This document shows positions 25,600 to 38,570 of a DNA stretch of 64,000 bases, in pieces (the first letter of the stretch is position 1; the number at the start of each line of letters is the position of its first letter). The notes beneath the pieces were generated by a model. The model made no database searches. It had not been told where the DNA came from and worked only from the letters and a program-made list of their open reading frames with translations. This DNA comes from Octopus sinensis (Eukaryota): NCBI RefSeq assembly GCF_006345805.1, contig NC_042997.1:146506001-146570000 (forward strand). Reading direction: 5' to 3'. The position numbers were made by a program, and so were the translations under genes.

Positions 25600-25815
25600 T
25601 TTCAAATTTTAGTACAAGGCCAGCAATTGGGGGGGGGGGGGGGTAAATCGATTGCATCAACTCCAGTACTCAACTGGTATTTATTTTATCAAGCCCGAAA
25701 GGATGAAAGACAAAGTCGACCTCAGCGGAATTTGAACTCAGAGCGTTAAGACGGGCGAAATGCAACTAAATATTTTGCCCGGCCTGCGAACGATTCTGTC
25801 AGCTAACCGCCCTAT
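25600..25815 (-). mobile_element. Family A-related SINE, inverted relative to 25353-25580
   Basis: Reverse-complement match over ~165 bp. Confidence 0.8.
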
Positions 25816-26184
25816 TGTTGCTATTACATATCGATATGACACACACATGAATGCATTCTGATTATAGTTTTTCAAATTATTAATTATATTTTGAACTTAG
25901 CTAAAACGCCTTATAAAGACCCTTTTAGCTAGTTTTTAAAGTCTTAAAATTTATCTTAGTTTCCTGAAATTTTTGGTCATACTTTACAATATCCGTAGGC
26001 ACAAAACCCCCTTGTGATCTAAGGTGACAGTAAAGCTGGTGGGTCTGTGTGTATATATATATGTATATTCTCTCTGTCTCTCTCTCTCTCTCCCGTACAC
26101 ACAGACACACATATGAACACATACGTACATACATACACACACACACACACATACATACATACATACATACATACATAAATATGT

Positions 26185-26223
<39 letters not shown>

Positions 26224-26580
26224 GTCGCTGGACGCCTACCATGCTGGTCAAAGTTTTTTCTCTTCTCAATTCTGTTCATCATATCCATTTGAGGATTTCT
26301 CTCAGGCGTTAATCGATCGTTCTCGTGTTTAGCCCCAAGCTTGTATGTATTTATTTATTTATTACCTTCGCCTATCGTTTCAAATTACTGTAGTACATTG
26401 TTTACTCGAGCCCTAATACTCCGCAAATATAGCGGGTGCCGCCGATATACGAAGTTCCTAGTCTTATCGTTAAAGGCATGATACTAGCTATTAATATTTT
26501 GGATCGATATCTGATGAAGTATCAGGGTTCTAGTAAGTGTCTCTCCTACGTGTACATTTTGTAGTATTTAATGTATTTTC

Positions 26581-26621
<41 letters not shown>

Positions 26622-26639
26622 CTCTTCCTTGGACCTTTC

Positions 26640-26785
26640 CTTTTACTATGTTTCTGTCGAAGAGCTCCGCTCGAAACTATAAATCCTCCTTCTTACTTTC
26701 CTTCCTGAGCGTCCAATAACATTATACTTGTTCCACGTCCTCGCATTGTGTTTTCTCTTTGTGTTTTCATGTTTGGATTAACTAT
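26640..26785 (+). mobile_element. (TA)n-flanked repeat with a degenerate HHR (family H3)
   Basis: gttt-CTGTCGA-a-gagc[tcc]gctc-GAAA-ctat-aaat at 26650-26684: HHR layout with A6 changed to U and a decayed stem III. Confidence 0.6.
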
Positions 26786-26789
26786 ATAC

Positions 26790-26821
<32 letters not shown>

Positions 26822-27909
26822 TGTGTGTGTGTGGTGTGTGTGTGTGTGCGTGCGTCTGCGCGCGTGTGTACATAAATATACATACTTATATATTCATATA
26901 TATATATATATACATGAGTGTGTGTGTGTATAAGAGGGGGTGAAAATTCACCCCAATAACTGTTAGTGAGAGCACCAAATACATTTCGTCTTTCTTGGGT
27001 CTTGTCAGTGGCATGTATTCGCAGCTACTTGCCTAGACGAAATTTGTTGCTTTTGATATAAAGCAAACAGGGAATGATGCATTCACTGATATTGCGAATA
27101 GCTACTGGACTGAATAGTAACTCGATGTGCGTAATTGAAGCAGTAATAAAATCAAATGGCCATCTGCGTATCATATTTAACGTGTATACAGCGGTCGCTG
27201 ACTGCAAGATACTGCAATACAAGATATGGACCTAAAGCCAACTTCTACCAAAAATTTACAGTCTTACTGTTGTATACATCCAAATGGATGTTCATGATGT
27301 TCGTGTAAAAATGCGTTTACTGTGAAAGTACAAAAACGAATACAACGTATAAATCTTACATTAGATTAACTACAAGTTCATTTAAAGTAAAGTTCGTTTC
27401 ACTTCATAATTCTATTTGAATCACCAACCAAGAGTTTTCGGTTAGTTAAGGATAAAAAAATCTAAATCATAACATTAATTGGAAGTTAACTGTTTTGCTA
27501 AACACTATAAGTATTTAAATTTGCTCTGTTCCGCATGACATATTGGTTTCAATTTTCTTTTCCATTTTTTACTGGAAATTCTGAAATAATTTCTGATTTT
27601 TTTTTTTGGCACGTTTAAATTTTTTAGCAGTTTCTTAAATGACGAAAGCAATGAGTAAATTTTATTTGTAAAGAGCGTCAATGAAAAATATAACTGTTAC
27701 AATTTATAAAAAAAACAACACGAAGCATAATTTGCACTCGTACCATGAGAAAAAAATCTGACACCCAAATTTATACGATTAATTCAACACTATATTCCCA
27801 GTAATAACTTATATTTTAATTTAATTAAGATCCATACGGCATAGTCACACACATATATAATATGTCATCAAAAACATTGTCATATATATATAAATATATA
27901 TAAAATATA

Positions 27910-27996
<87 letters not shown>

Positions 27997-28141
27997 TCCC
28001 AATACATGACTAAAATTACATGGGCCTGTGTGGTTAGTAGGTGCAAGCGTAATGTGCGCGTGCGTTTGTGGGTTTATCTGTACCTATGTCCGCGTACGTG
28101 TATATGTACATATGCAAATACATAGATTATATAGAGATAAG

Positions 28142-28230
<89 letters not shown>

Positions 28231-28330
28231 CAATGTATATGTGTATACATGTGTATTTATATGACTACACACTCATAGATATGTATAAGCACTAGCACAC
28301 TCACCCCTCTACACGCGAACACAGACACAT

Positions 28331-28397
28331 ATGGCGTAGTGGTTAAGAGTGCGGGCTATTAACCTCAAAATTCCGAGTTCGATACCAGACAGTGACG

Positions 28398-28400
<3 letters not shown>
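28331..28400 (+). mobile_element. tRNA-like Pol III head (mini-SINE) followed by (AAT)n
   Basis: A-box tggcgtagtgg, B-box gagttcgatacc; the tail ccagacagtgacgtgaataataat also occurs at ~7810-7835. Confidence 0.75.
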
Positions 28401-28451
<51 letters not shown>

Positions 28452-28575
28452 GCATCGAAAAATACCTAAGGAATGCGAACTCAGTTTCGAAATTTCCCCC
28501 AAGATACCTAATGATGGCTGGAGGGTATATCAGCCGAAACGTTGTGCTAACAACAAACAAGATGAAGACAAATAT
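28452..28575 (+). mobile_element. HHR module family H1 with an inactivated core
   Basis: gatac-CTAATGA-t-ggctg..cagcc-GAAA-cgTT-gtgct: G5 changed to A. Confidence 0.85.
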
Positions 28576-28800
28576 AGGCGCAGTAGTGGCTGTGTGGTAA
28601 GTAGCTTGCTTACCAACCACATGGTTCTGGGTTCAGTGCCACTGCGTAGTACCTTGGGCAAGTGTCTTCTACTATAGTCTCGAGCCGACCAAAACCATGT
28701 GAGTGAATTTGGTAGGCAGAAACTGAAAGACGCCCGTCGTATTTAAATACGTTGTTGTTCGACTAAAGGCGGTGCCACAGCATTGCCGCAGTCAAATAAC
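28575..28800 (+). mobile_element. Family C SINE, internally deleted
   Basis: Head plus a truncated 3' half. Confidence 0.8.
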
Positions 28801-28864
28801 GGTGGCGTGTTGTTGTTCTCGCTGTCGTCCTTGTTATTAGTCATACATACAGGCACATACATTG

Positions 28865-29070
28865 GTTTGCTTTCAAATTTTGGTACAAGGCCAGACATTT
28901 TGAGGTGGGGTAAGTCGATTACCTCAATTCTCAACTGGTACTTATTTTATCTACCACGAAAGGGCGAAAGGCAAGGTCGACGTCGGCAGAATTTGAACGC
29001 AGGATGTAAAAACGGACGATATGCCGTTAAATATTTTGCCGGGCGTGCTGACGATTCTGCCCGCTTGCCG
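28865..29070 (-). mobile_element. Family A-related SINE
   Basis: Diverged consensus match. Confidence 0.7.
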
Positions 29071-29979
29071 TGTTATACTAGCACGCATATTAAGGCGTTA
29101 AAAAATATGCTTTTTATTTACAAATTTCTGGAACTGATTTGATTCAAGCAAGCAAAGAAACAAAACAAGTTTTGTCTCTTTGTTAGTCATCGTCTCAAAT
29201 TTCGCTAAGAAGAACTTATTAATCTCACAGAAAAATATACGTCCATATGGGAATAATGTGATGGCCCTACGTCGATTATGGCATTGAGCATGCATCTGAA
29301 CGATCTACTAATTCTATGAGCTCGCAAGTAGTTGGGTATTTTTACCCATAAGGTAATTCTCTGATAGAATCAGCATGACATAGTATGACATAGAATGTAT
29401 AACCAGGACGCACTTTTCAATTAGTGGTATAGGGTACAATCACTGGGCTTCCATATAGTTTCTATCTACTGAATTTCATTCATTCACAAAGCTAGGTTCG
29501 ATTCGATGCTATAACAAAAATATATTTGTATTTGCATCGAAATGGAGACGACACGTTTGCAAAACAAACTTCTTAACCAATTGGCCACGATCCACATGAC
29601 CGAATGTATATGTAAATATATACATTGCTTACGTGTTTTTACGTACATACATACATTCATGCGCACGTATTTACATACAACCATGTTAATATATGTATAT
29701 ATATATATATATATGTGTGTATGTTTGTGTGTGTGTGTAAATATGTATGTATGCATTCGATCACAGCACCAGTAACAGTTAAGCTTCGTGCAATGGCCAT
29801 ACTTGATAACGAGGGTGCAGCCATAATATATATATATATATATTATATATATATATATACTTGTGTGTATACATGAGTGTGTGTGGGTGTGTTTGTAAGA
29901 ACATATATATGATATGTGTATATATGTATATACGTCAATGATTATATATGTGTGTGTGTGTGTATGTGTGTGCGTGTGT

Positions 29980-30470
<491 letters not shown>

Positions 30471-31419
30471 CTTGCGTCTATATATATATATACATATATA
30501 TATATATCTATATACACATACACATATATATATATGTATATGTATATATATATATACACACGCACACAAACATACACAAGCACACACACACACACATAGA
30601 AACGTGCACAGAAAGATACACACACACACACCATTTTGAACTAAACAACTAAACCATGACAGTCTATCCTCAAAACAAGACAATCCTTTTGGTTCTACAA
30701 TACTCTCCCCCATCAACCTCCAACACTATGTTTAAAAATAGCAAACATTTCTCATAAACACACTACAAGACAGAAGGTGATGAATGGAAAGGTTGTTATT
30801 CCCCTAAAATTCTGTATAAATACTTAAACATATTTCCTTCTGTATATATGTTTCTTATACAACCGTGATTTTTTTATGAACTTAAAATAATTATAAATTT
30901 ATTTTACTATCTATTTTGAACACTCTCATGTAAACTGTTTAAACAAAAGGCCCCTCTTAACATTTTCTTATCATTCATTGTCATAGATACTATTTTTTAA
31001 CATTTTCTTATCATTTTCAAAAACAGTATAACTGTATTTTAATACAATTATGATAGCCATTTTTTAACTCAACAAAGCTTATACAGAGCTTTACATTTTA
31101 CTTTTGATAATCTTTTTTTTTTTTAAGTGAAACCGGTCAAGTCAATATACATTTTTAAAAGAGCTCTGCATTTTCAAACCCTTTGTCTCTGATTTTTTTT
31201 CTAATTCCTCAATCCCGCTGCTCCCTATCCCTCTTACTTCCTTCTACATGACTGGTCTCCAACCACCCATGATTTTTCTTTCTTGGCCTGACTGCCGACT
31301 GCCCACACCTCTTATGGCCATCACCTACGTTCCTTTAGGCTTTCACTTCATACTCACCAGCTAAATTTGATTCGTTATTAGTCGAAATACACTTGTTATT
31401 TTCTTGTTGTTTGTATTTG

Positions 31420-31710
31420 TAATTGCGTACCATGTTCTCCGTTTTTGTCTTTGTTGCCGTACACATTCGCTAGCTTTCTTACAAAAAAAAAATCTAATGC
31501 TCTTAGCTTAGACTTTTTGGTGGGAAACCAGATCTAACTGTCTCAAGTGTAACTGCCCGAAAAAGTAAGGACTTCTGGTATACTTGACTGATAAAAGAAG
31601 GCTACGAATGACCCGTCTTTTTATCCTGTCCTAATTGTTGTTTCTCCTGTCCGCCTTTGTATCGTCTATCTGTCCGAATGTTTTATTATCATCGATATTG
31701 CGGTTTTGCT
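31420..31710 (+). mobile_element. Unclassified interspersed repeat next to (TA)n
   Basis: aatctaatgctcttagcttag...cttgactga...ggct.cgaatgacccgtc is the reverse complement of 33100-33300. Confidence 0.65.
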
Positions 31711-31712
31711 CC

Positions 31713-31778
<66 letters not shown>

Positions 31779-31893
31779 TGTGCGTGTGGTGTGTGTGTGT
31801 ATGTATGTATGTATGTATGTATGTATATATATAGGTGTATATATATATATAATATATATATATATATTATATATATATTTTATATTATATATA

Positions 31894-31931
<38 letters not shown>

Positions 31932-32501
31932 ATATATATATCTTTCTCTTGTTTCAGTCATTAGTTGCGGTCATATTGCGGGACTAATATCAAGATTTAA
32001 ACGAACGAATCGACCTCATTACTTATTTATTTTAAGCTTGGTACTTATTCTATCGGTTCCTTTTGTCGAACAGCTAGGTCAGTACTGAACCTGGCACCGA
32101 TTGCCAAGCAGTGGTGGGTAACACACACACGCACATATACATACACACATACATATATACATAAGCACTCAAACACACACACACATATGGAACCCTTTTT
32201 GTCATGGTTAGTATTATAATTCCTTACAAAATCTTTTTTCCAAATTTTTAGATCCCAAAATTAGGGGGCTCCTTATACACGAGGGTTCCTTACACACGTT
32301 AACATACGGTATATATGTATATACTTATATAAATAGATACATATGCATATATGTGTGTGTGTGTGTGTGTGTGTGTCTATATATATACACACATACATAC
32401 ACATTCAAATATATGTACACATACATATATGCATGTATATATATATATATACACACATACATATATACATATATATACATATATATTCATATACACACAT
32501 A

Positions 32502-32552
<51 letters not shown>

Positions 32553-33052
32553 GCACACCTATATACGTTCGGCTGTCGTGCTGGCCCAGTTCTCTCAGCT
32601 ATAAACATTGGCGAAAGAGAATGAGAGAAAGAACGACAAAGAGTAAGAGAGACAATACCAGTTGCTAACTGTTGCTTTGACAACATAGACGACATAAATA
32701 AACGACTTTCATTCACCTTTCGTTATATTTATTTATTTATTTTTAATTTTATTTGTATTGTTTTTCTTTTTCTTTTTTTCTGTCTACAGTACCCCGCCTC
32801 CGCCCCGGATGTCTACTCCCTTAATTTGGGCGCAGTCAAGTAGAGTTATCTTTCGTTGTTGATTTTGGTGTTGCTGCCGCTTTTGTCATTGTTGCTATTT
32901 TTGTCGACCAGACAGATCATCAAAGGCGTTTCATCTGTGCCCAGGTGGTGTATGTGTATACCTGCACGTTTACACACACATACTCACATATATCTACGCA
33001 TGCATATATATAAATACAAACCAACACACACATCTATATATATATATATATA

Positions 33053-33091
<39 letters not shown>

Positions 33092-33099
33092 ATCTATAG

Positions 33100-33300
33100 T
33101 ATATTTTTATACAAAATTGGACAACAACGCAAAACATCCAGAAGACAATACAAAAAACACGGACGGGTCATTCGAAGCCTTTGATCTCAGTCAAGAACCG
33201 GATCATCCTCGCAATTTCGGCTGATTTATCTTGAGATTGCTCCAATCTGGCCAGCCCCAAGGAAAAGCTAGGCTAAGAGCATTAGATTCCTTGGAAAAAA
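33100..33300 (-). mobile_element. Unclassified interspersed repeat, inverted partner of 31420-31710
   Basis: Shared motifs; flanked by (TA)n on both sides. Confidence 0.65.
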
Positions 33301-33349
33301 GCTTAATATTATATATATATATAATATATATATATAATATATATATATA

Positions 33350-34530
33350 TACACACAGAGAACGAGTGCGCCATTATACAAGTAATTTGCCGTACGAGCT
33401 GAGGCTGTGCGAATTTTTCCCTTGACGTGCGAGTGGAAATCCGCAGCAAGTTTCATACGAGCAACCTCTAATCAGCGCTCAGCTCGCACACGCTCTCCCA
33501 ACAAGCGCAGCCTCCATTCGTTTAGTTGACATGTTTATCTCGTTGTGACAGCGTCCCTGTAGTGTGTTTTTCTCAGAGATTTGTTTTTAGTTTTGTGCGA
33601 TTTTTGCTGTTAATAATAATTAGTTTTGTTATAATAATTTATAATAATTAGTTTTGTTAGCCATGGGTCCTAAGAAGGTTAGTGCAAAGGGCAGTGCTGA
33701 GAAGAAGAAAACACTGATTACGATAGAATTGAGGAATGAAATCATTGATAAACATGAGAGAGGAGTGTATGTAGTGGACATAACATGTCAATACGACATA
33801 AGCACTTCGACGATCTGCACCATCCTGAAGAAAAAGGATGAGATCAAGGCCGTTACAACAACAAAGTGTGTCTCCAGGCTCTCCAAGAATCGCACATCTG
33901 TCCACAAATAGATGGAAAAATTGCTTTTCCTGTGGATCAACGAGAAGCAATTCGCAGGTAATACGATTACGTAGACCATCATCTGCGAGAAAGCACGATC
34001 GCTGTATGGGGACCCCTGAAGCAGAACCCTGGAACCTCGACGGAGGAGACATCAGCAGACACATTTAAGACCAGTCACGGCTAGTTCGATAATTTCAAGA
34101 AAAGGACTGATATTCATAGCATCAACGCGGCGAGCTGGCAGAACCGTTAGCACGCCGGGCGAAATGCGTAGCCGTATTTCGTCTGCCGTTACGCTCTCAG
34201 TTCAAATTCCGCCGAGGTCGACTTTGCCTTTCATCCTTTCGGGGTCGATAAATTAAGTACCAGTTACGCACTGGGGTCGATGTAATCGACTTAATCCGTT
34301 TGTCTGTCCTTGTTTGTCCTCTCTATGTTTAGCCTCTTGTGGGTAATAAAGAAACAGATATTCATAGCATCGTCAAGTATGGAAAAGCAGCATATTCTGA
34401 CACGATGGCAGCTGAAGATTTCGTGCATGAATTCCGTCAGCTCATCGCAACTGGGGGGTACATCGCACAACAGGTATTCAACCGTGGTGAAACTGGCCTT
34501 CCTCGTGCACAAATCGTGCCATCTTCAAGG
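33350..34530 (+). mobile_element. Tigger/pogo transposon 5' part (CENP-B HTH to start of DDE), decayed
   Basis: MGPKKVSAKGSAEKKKTLITIELRNEIIDKHERG...STICTILK; MEKLLFLWINEKQ; F.tSHG.FDNFKKRT.IHSI-[SINE]-VKYGKAA.SD..AAEDFV.EF..LI...GY..QQVFN.GETGL. Confidence 0.9.
34124..34356 (+). mobile_element. Family A SINE, full length, with a 15-bp target-site duplication
   Basis: TSD gatattcatagcatc at 34109-34123 and 34357-34371, inside the Tigger coding sequence. Confidence 0.95.
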
Positions 34531-34544
34531 TAATTAAATTAATA

Positions 34545-34732
34545 AAACCAGTTCTATATTTAAGAGATGAGGAATTGTGTACATTATTTACATTATCTAC
34601 ATTTAACGGATATTTGTCCTCATCTTGTTTGTTGTTAACACAACGTTTCGGCTGATATACCCTCCAGCCTTCATCAGGTGTCTTGGGGAAAGTTCGAACC
34701 TGGGTTCTCATTCCTAAGGTATTTTTCGATGT
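34545..34732 (-). mobile_element. HHR module family H1
   Basis: Near-identical to 7585-7780. Confidence 0.9.
34637..34682 (-). ncRNA. Minimal type I hammerhead ribozyme, intact core (family H1)
   Basis: Minus strand: gacac-CTGATGA-a-ggctg[gagggtatat]cagcc-GAAA-cg-TT-gtgtt; all core nucleotides conserved, palindromic AACGTT stem III, GUU triplet. Confidence 0.85.
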
Positions 34733-34783
34733 TATTATTATTATTATTATTATTGTTATTATTGTTGTTGTTATCATTATTAT

Positions 34784-35293
34784 TGAGTGAGAGAGCAGTG
34801 CATGCCATCAAAGTGACACTGGGGTAAAATATATGAAGCCCAGTATACCCATCATGACTACCCGTCTGATAAGGGTACACCAGGCACATGCATCACAACC
34901 ATATGTATGCGACATGGTGATCTTATATCAAGATAAACAGCACATGACCTTGCAGGTGGGGCCCAGTTAGAATTTTCTTCTGGTAGAGTAACCCATCCCG
35001 TTCAAAAGGTCTTTGAATAAGGATTGTTTAAGGATGTTGAACGAATCACCCATGTTTCCAGAGGGGAATTATCCAAACCCTAAAGAATCCCTCTCAACAC
35101 ATGGCTATGATGCTCCCCCACTACTTCTGCTCGTGATCAGAGATGCACATATCGTCAGCCACTAAGGGACATGCTCAACTGGTTAAGGTCAAACAACTGA
35201 CAAGCAAATCTGTGGTATTGAGCAGAATATTTGCTGTAGCCCATCATTTAAACCAAGACAAAATAATGTACATGATAACACTTCCAATCAGTT
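34784..35293 (+). mobile_element. ~510-bp non-coding interspersed repeat flanked by (TTA)n
   Basis: High-identity inverted copy at 40195-40694; both copies are embedded in AAT microsatellites. Confidence 0.85.
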
Positions 35294-35314
35294 TATTATT
35301 ATTATTATTATTAT

Positions 35315-35397
<83 letters not shown>

Positions 35398-35439
35398 TAC
35401 AGGTCACTGAATAATGATTTTTCAAAGTCGACGAAGCAC

Positions 35440-36131
35440 ACACATAGATCAGGTAGACCACCTGATAGAAACTTCACGGCGAGTGGGCTTGAGGGTCAGC
35501 CGGGAAAAAAGAAGAGTGCTGCGTATCAGCAACAAGCAGGAGGAGCCAATCACAATCGAGGGGCACCTGTGGAGGATGTTAGTGAGTTTGTCTATCTTGG
35601 CAGCAAGATGAGCAAATCAGGTGGATCAGACGAGGACATCACGGCAAGAAGCAAGAAGGCTTGCTGACATCTCAGCTCGAACTAAACTCCGCTTATTTAG
35701 TTCAAACGTAAAATCTGTGCTTTTGCATGGCTCTGAAACATGGAGAGCCACCTGCAGTAACTACAAGAAGATCCAGACCTTCATCAGCAAATGTCTCCGG
35801 CAGATCCTCCATCAGAAGTGATTCGAGTACCAAACACCAACCTGTGGGAAAGGGCGAACCAAGAGCCCTTACATGTTCAGATTAGACGAAATGGAGATGG
35901 ATCGGACACACACTGCAGAAAGAACCCTCAAATGTAACACGACAAGCACATGACTGGAACCCGCAGGAGAAAAGGAAGCGAGGACGCCCGAAGCAGACAT
36001 GGAAGCGGAGCATTTTGGACGAGCTCAGAACCACCGGCCTGACATGGGAATTAGCCAAGAAGCACGCCACAGGCCGCAAAAAATGGAGAACAACTGTTGA
36101 AGCCCTATGCTCCACAAGGGGCAAAAGGGAT

Positions 36132-36134
<3 letters not shown>
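35440..36134 (+). pseudogene. RTE-clade LINE 3' fragment
   Basis: PITIEG..VEDVSEFVYLGSKM...GGSDEDITAR; TKLRLFSSNVKSVLLHGSETW; RWIGHTL; DWNPQEKRKRGRPKQTWKRS; ends CSTRGKRD* followed by an (AAG)n tail. Confidence 0.93.
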
Positions 36135-36162
<28 letters not shown>

Positions 36163-36280
36163 AAGAAGAAGAAGAAGAAGAAGAAGAAGAAGAAGAAGAA
36201 GAAGAAGAAGAAGAAGAAGAAGAGAAGAAGAAGAAGAAGAAGAAGAAGAAGGAAAAGAAGAAGAAGAGGAAGAAGAAGAT
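36132..36280. repeat. (AAG)n tail/microsatellite
   Basis: Direct reading; abuts the RTE stop codon. Confidence 0.95.
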
Positions 36281-36362
36281 ATATATAATTCGATTAGAGA
36301 TTGTTAACCTCATGAATCTCCATTTTTGTCTTCTTATATATATAGATTATATACATATACAT

Positions 36363-36436
<74 letters not shown>

Positions 36437-37084
36437 TTGCTTGCTTCAGGTTTTGACTGCGACCATGTTTGAACACCACTTTCAAGGATTTAGCCGAACA
36501 ATTTGGATCTTTCTGTTTTGCTCTAGTTTTTGAAATTTTAAAATTAAATGAAAATTTTCAAAGTTGGTGTATTAATGTAATTTTTCACGCTAAATCTAAT
36601 TTTGTTATTCATTTGTTCCTGAAAAATCTTAGAAAAATGTAACAGAGGATTTAAATTTGATTGTTTTAATCCAATCAGAAAACAGCATTTGGAAGCTGGA
36701 ATTTTGCACGTGATAGCTATCTATGGCAACATTAGACAACGTATTATAACAACGGAAGGTTTAATAATTTTTAATTAATAGAGCCATGTGAAATGATGGA
36801 ACAAGCATATAAACAATATAAAAGGAATGAACCTCAATGAATTTGGTTGCGAAAAATTACAAACGAAATCAACGAACTTTAACTTACGGAAAAACAAACA
36901 AGTTTAAATTACAAAGAAACAAACTGTACTTCAGTTCATATAAATAAAACGTTTTGTAGCGAAAATTCAAAAACGAAAGTTTGAAATGCAGTCTAGGAGC
37001 CCAAAGAATATATTGTTCAATATATGATGTTTTCTTCTTTTTCTAGATGGTTGACTGCTAATTACAAGTTAAGCAGCACATGAT

Positions 37085-37430
37085 AGAGTTTGGCACATGG
37101 TGACCCCCTTCGGTCAGACACTGACCATGGGTTTGCACCGAGAGAGTTACCCTCTGAGGCACAAGTCTGGGCAAGTTTGTTTTATGGAAGACCAGCAGTC
37201 GCCCATGCATACCGGCCTCCCCTCTCCACGTCACCAGTGTTGTCCAAGGGAAAGGCAAGGGCCGATACAGCTTGGCACCTGTGACGTTGCAACTGATTTC
37301 TACAGCTGAGTGAACTGGAGGAATGTGAAATAAAGTGTCTTGCTCAAGAACACAACACGCAGCCCGGTCCGGGATTCGAGCTCACAACCTCACGATCGTA
37401 AGCTCGATGTTCTAACCACTGAGCCACACA
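37085..37430 (-). mobile_element. Family B SINE
   Basis: Near-identical to 13280-13622. Confidence 0.88.
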
Positions 37431-38140
37431 ACTGTATTTAAATTTCAATTTGCACAGATACAGAAAGAGAGCTAGAGGGGAATGAGAGAGGACAGAGATA
37501 GAGGGAGAGATAGGAAGGGAGATAACTAGAGAGAAGGTGAGGCAAGAGTTTGTGTGTGCGTGTGTGCGTGTGTGCGTGTGTATGCGCGCATGCGTATGTG
37601 TATATGTGTAGTTTTGTTTTCATGTGTTACCATGTACCTCCGCATACTAAACATGTACACACAAAATGTTAGAAATAACACCTGGAACTGAAATTAGATT
37701 CTGCAGTATTCTTTTAGTAGGAAGGACACATTAGATAATGTAGCCCTAGTTATACTACGTCTGAATAAAGGCGGAATAATCAAGCACCGTTTCTCGAGCT
37801 AGGGTAGACGACAGTGACCGAAGATGCTTAGAAGCTACTTGTCCAATGTACCATGCAGAGAGATTGAACCTAAAACTACACAGTTGCAAAACGAACATTT
37901 TACCACATTTTATACTGTGTTTAAATGTTATAGCTACTGTTAAACCTAAGTCAGCGTTGTAACACGTGCATTGATGGAGATTAGGTTCCTATTTCTTGCA
38001 TGTAAGGGAGAACGTAGGTGGACCGTTATTCTTCTGTGTCTACGTTGTTGTTGCTCTTGTTATATAGCAACAGGTCAAGTTTCATTGCGCAAACCCCGGT
38101 TTCTTTGCTTACGTATATATATCTATATATATATATATAT

Positions 38141-38488
38141 GGATGGAAGCACTCAGTCGGTTACGATGACGAGGGTTCCGGTTGATCCGAATCAACGGAA
38201 CAGCCTGCTCGTGAAATTAAAGTGTAAGTGGCTGAGCACTCCACAGACACATGCACCCTTAACGTAGTTCTCGGAGATATTCAGCGTGACACAGAGAGTG
38301 ACAAGGCCGGCCCATTGAAATACAGGTACAACAGAAACAGGAAGTAAGAGTGAGAGAAAGTTGTGGTGAAAGAGTACAGCAGGGATCACCACCATCCCCT
38401 GCCGGAGCCTCGTGGAGCTTTAGGTGTTTTCGCTCAATAAACACACACAACGCCCGGTCCGGGAATCGAAACCGCAATCCTATGACCG

Positions 38489-38490
<2 letters not shown>
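38141..38490 (-). mobile_element. tRNA-derived SINE, family D
   Basis: Head motifs (gcggtttcgattcccggaccgggcg...ctaaagctccacgaggctccggcagggg) shared with copies at 48.7, 51.6, 54.2 and 62.2 kb. Confidence 0.85.
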
Positions 38491-38570
<80 letters not shown>

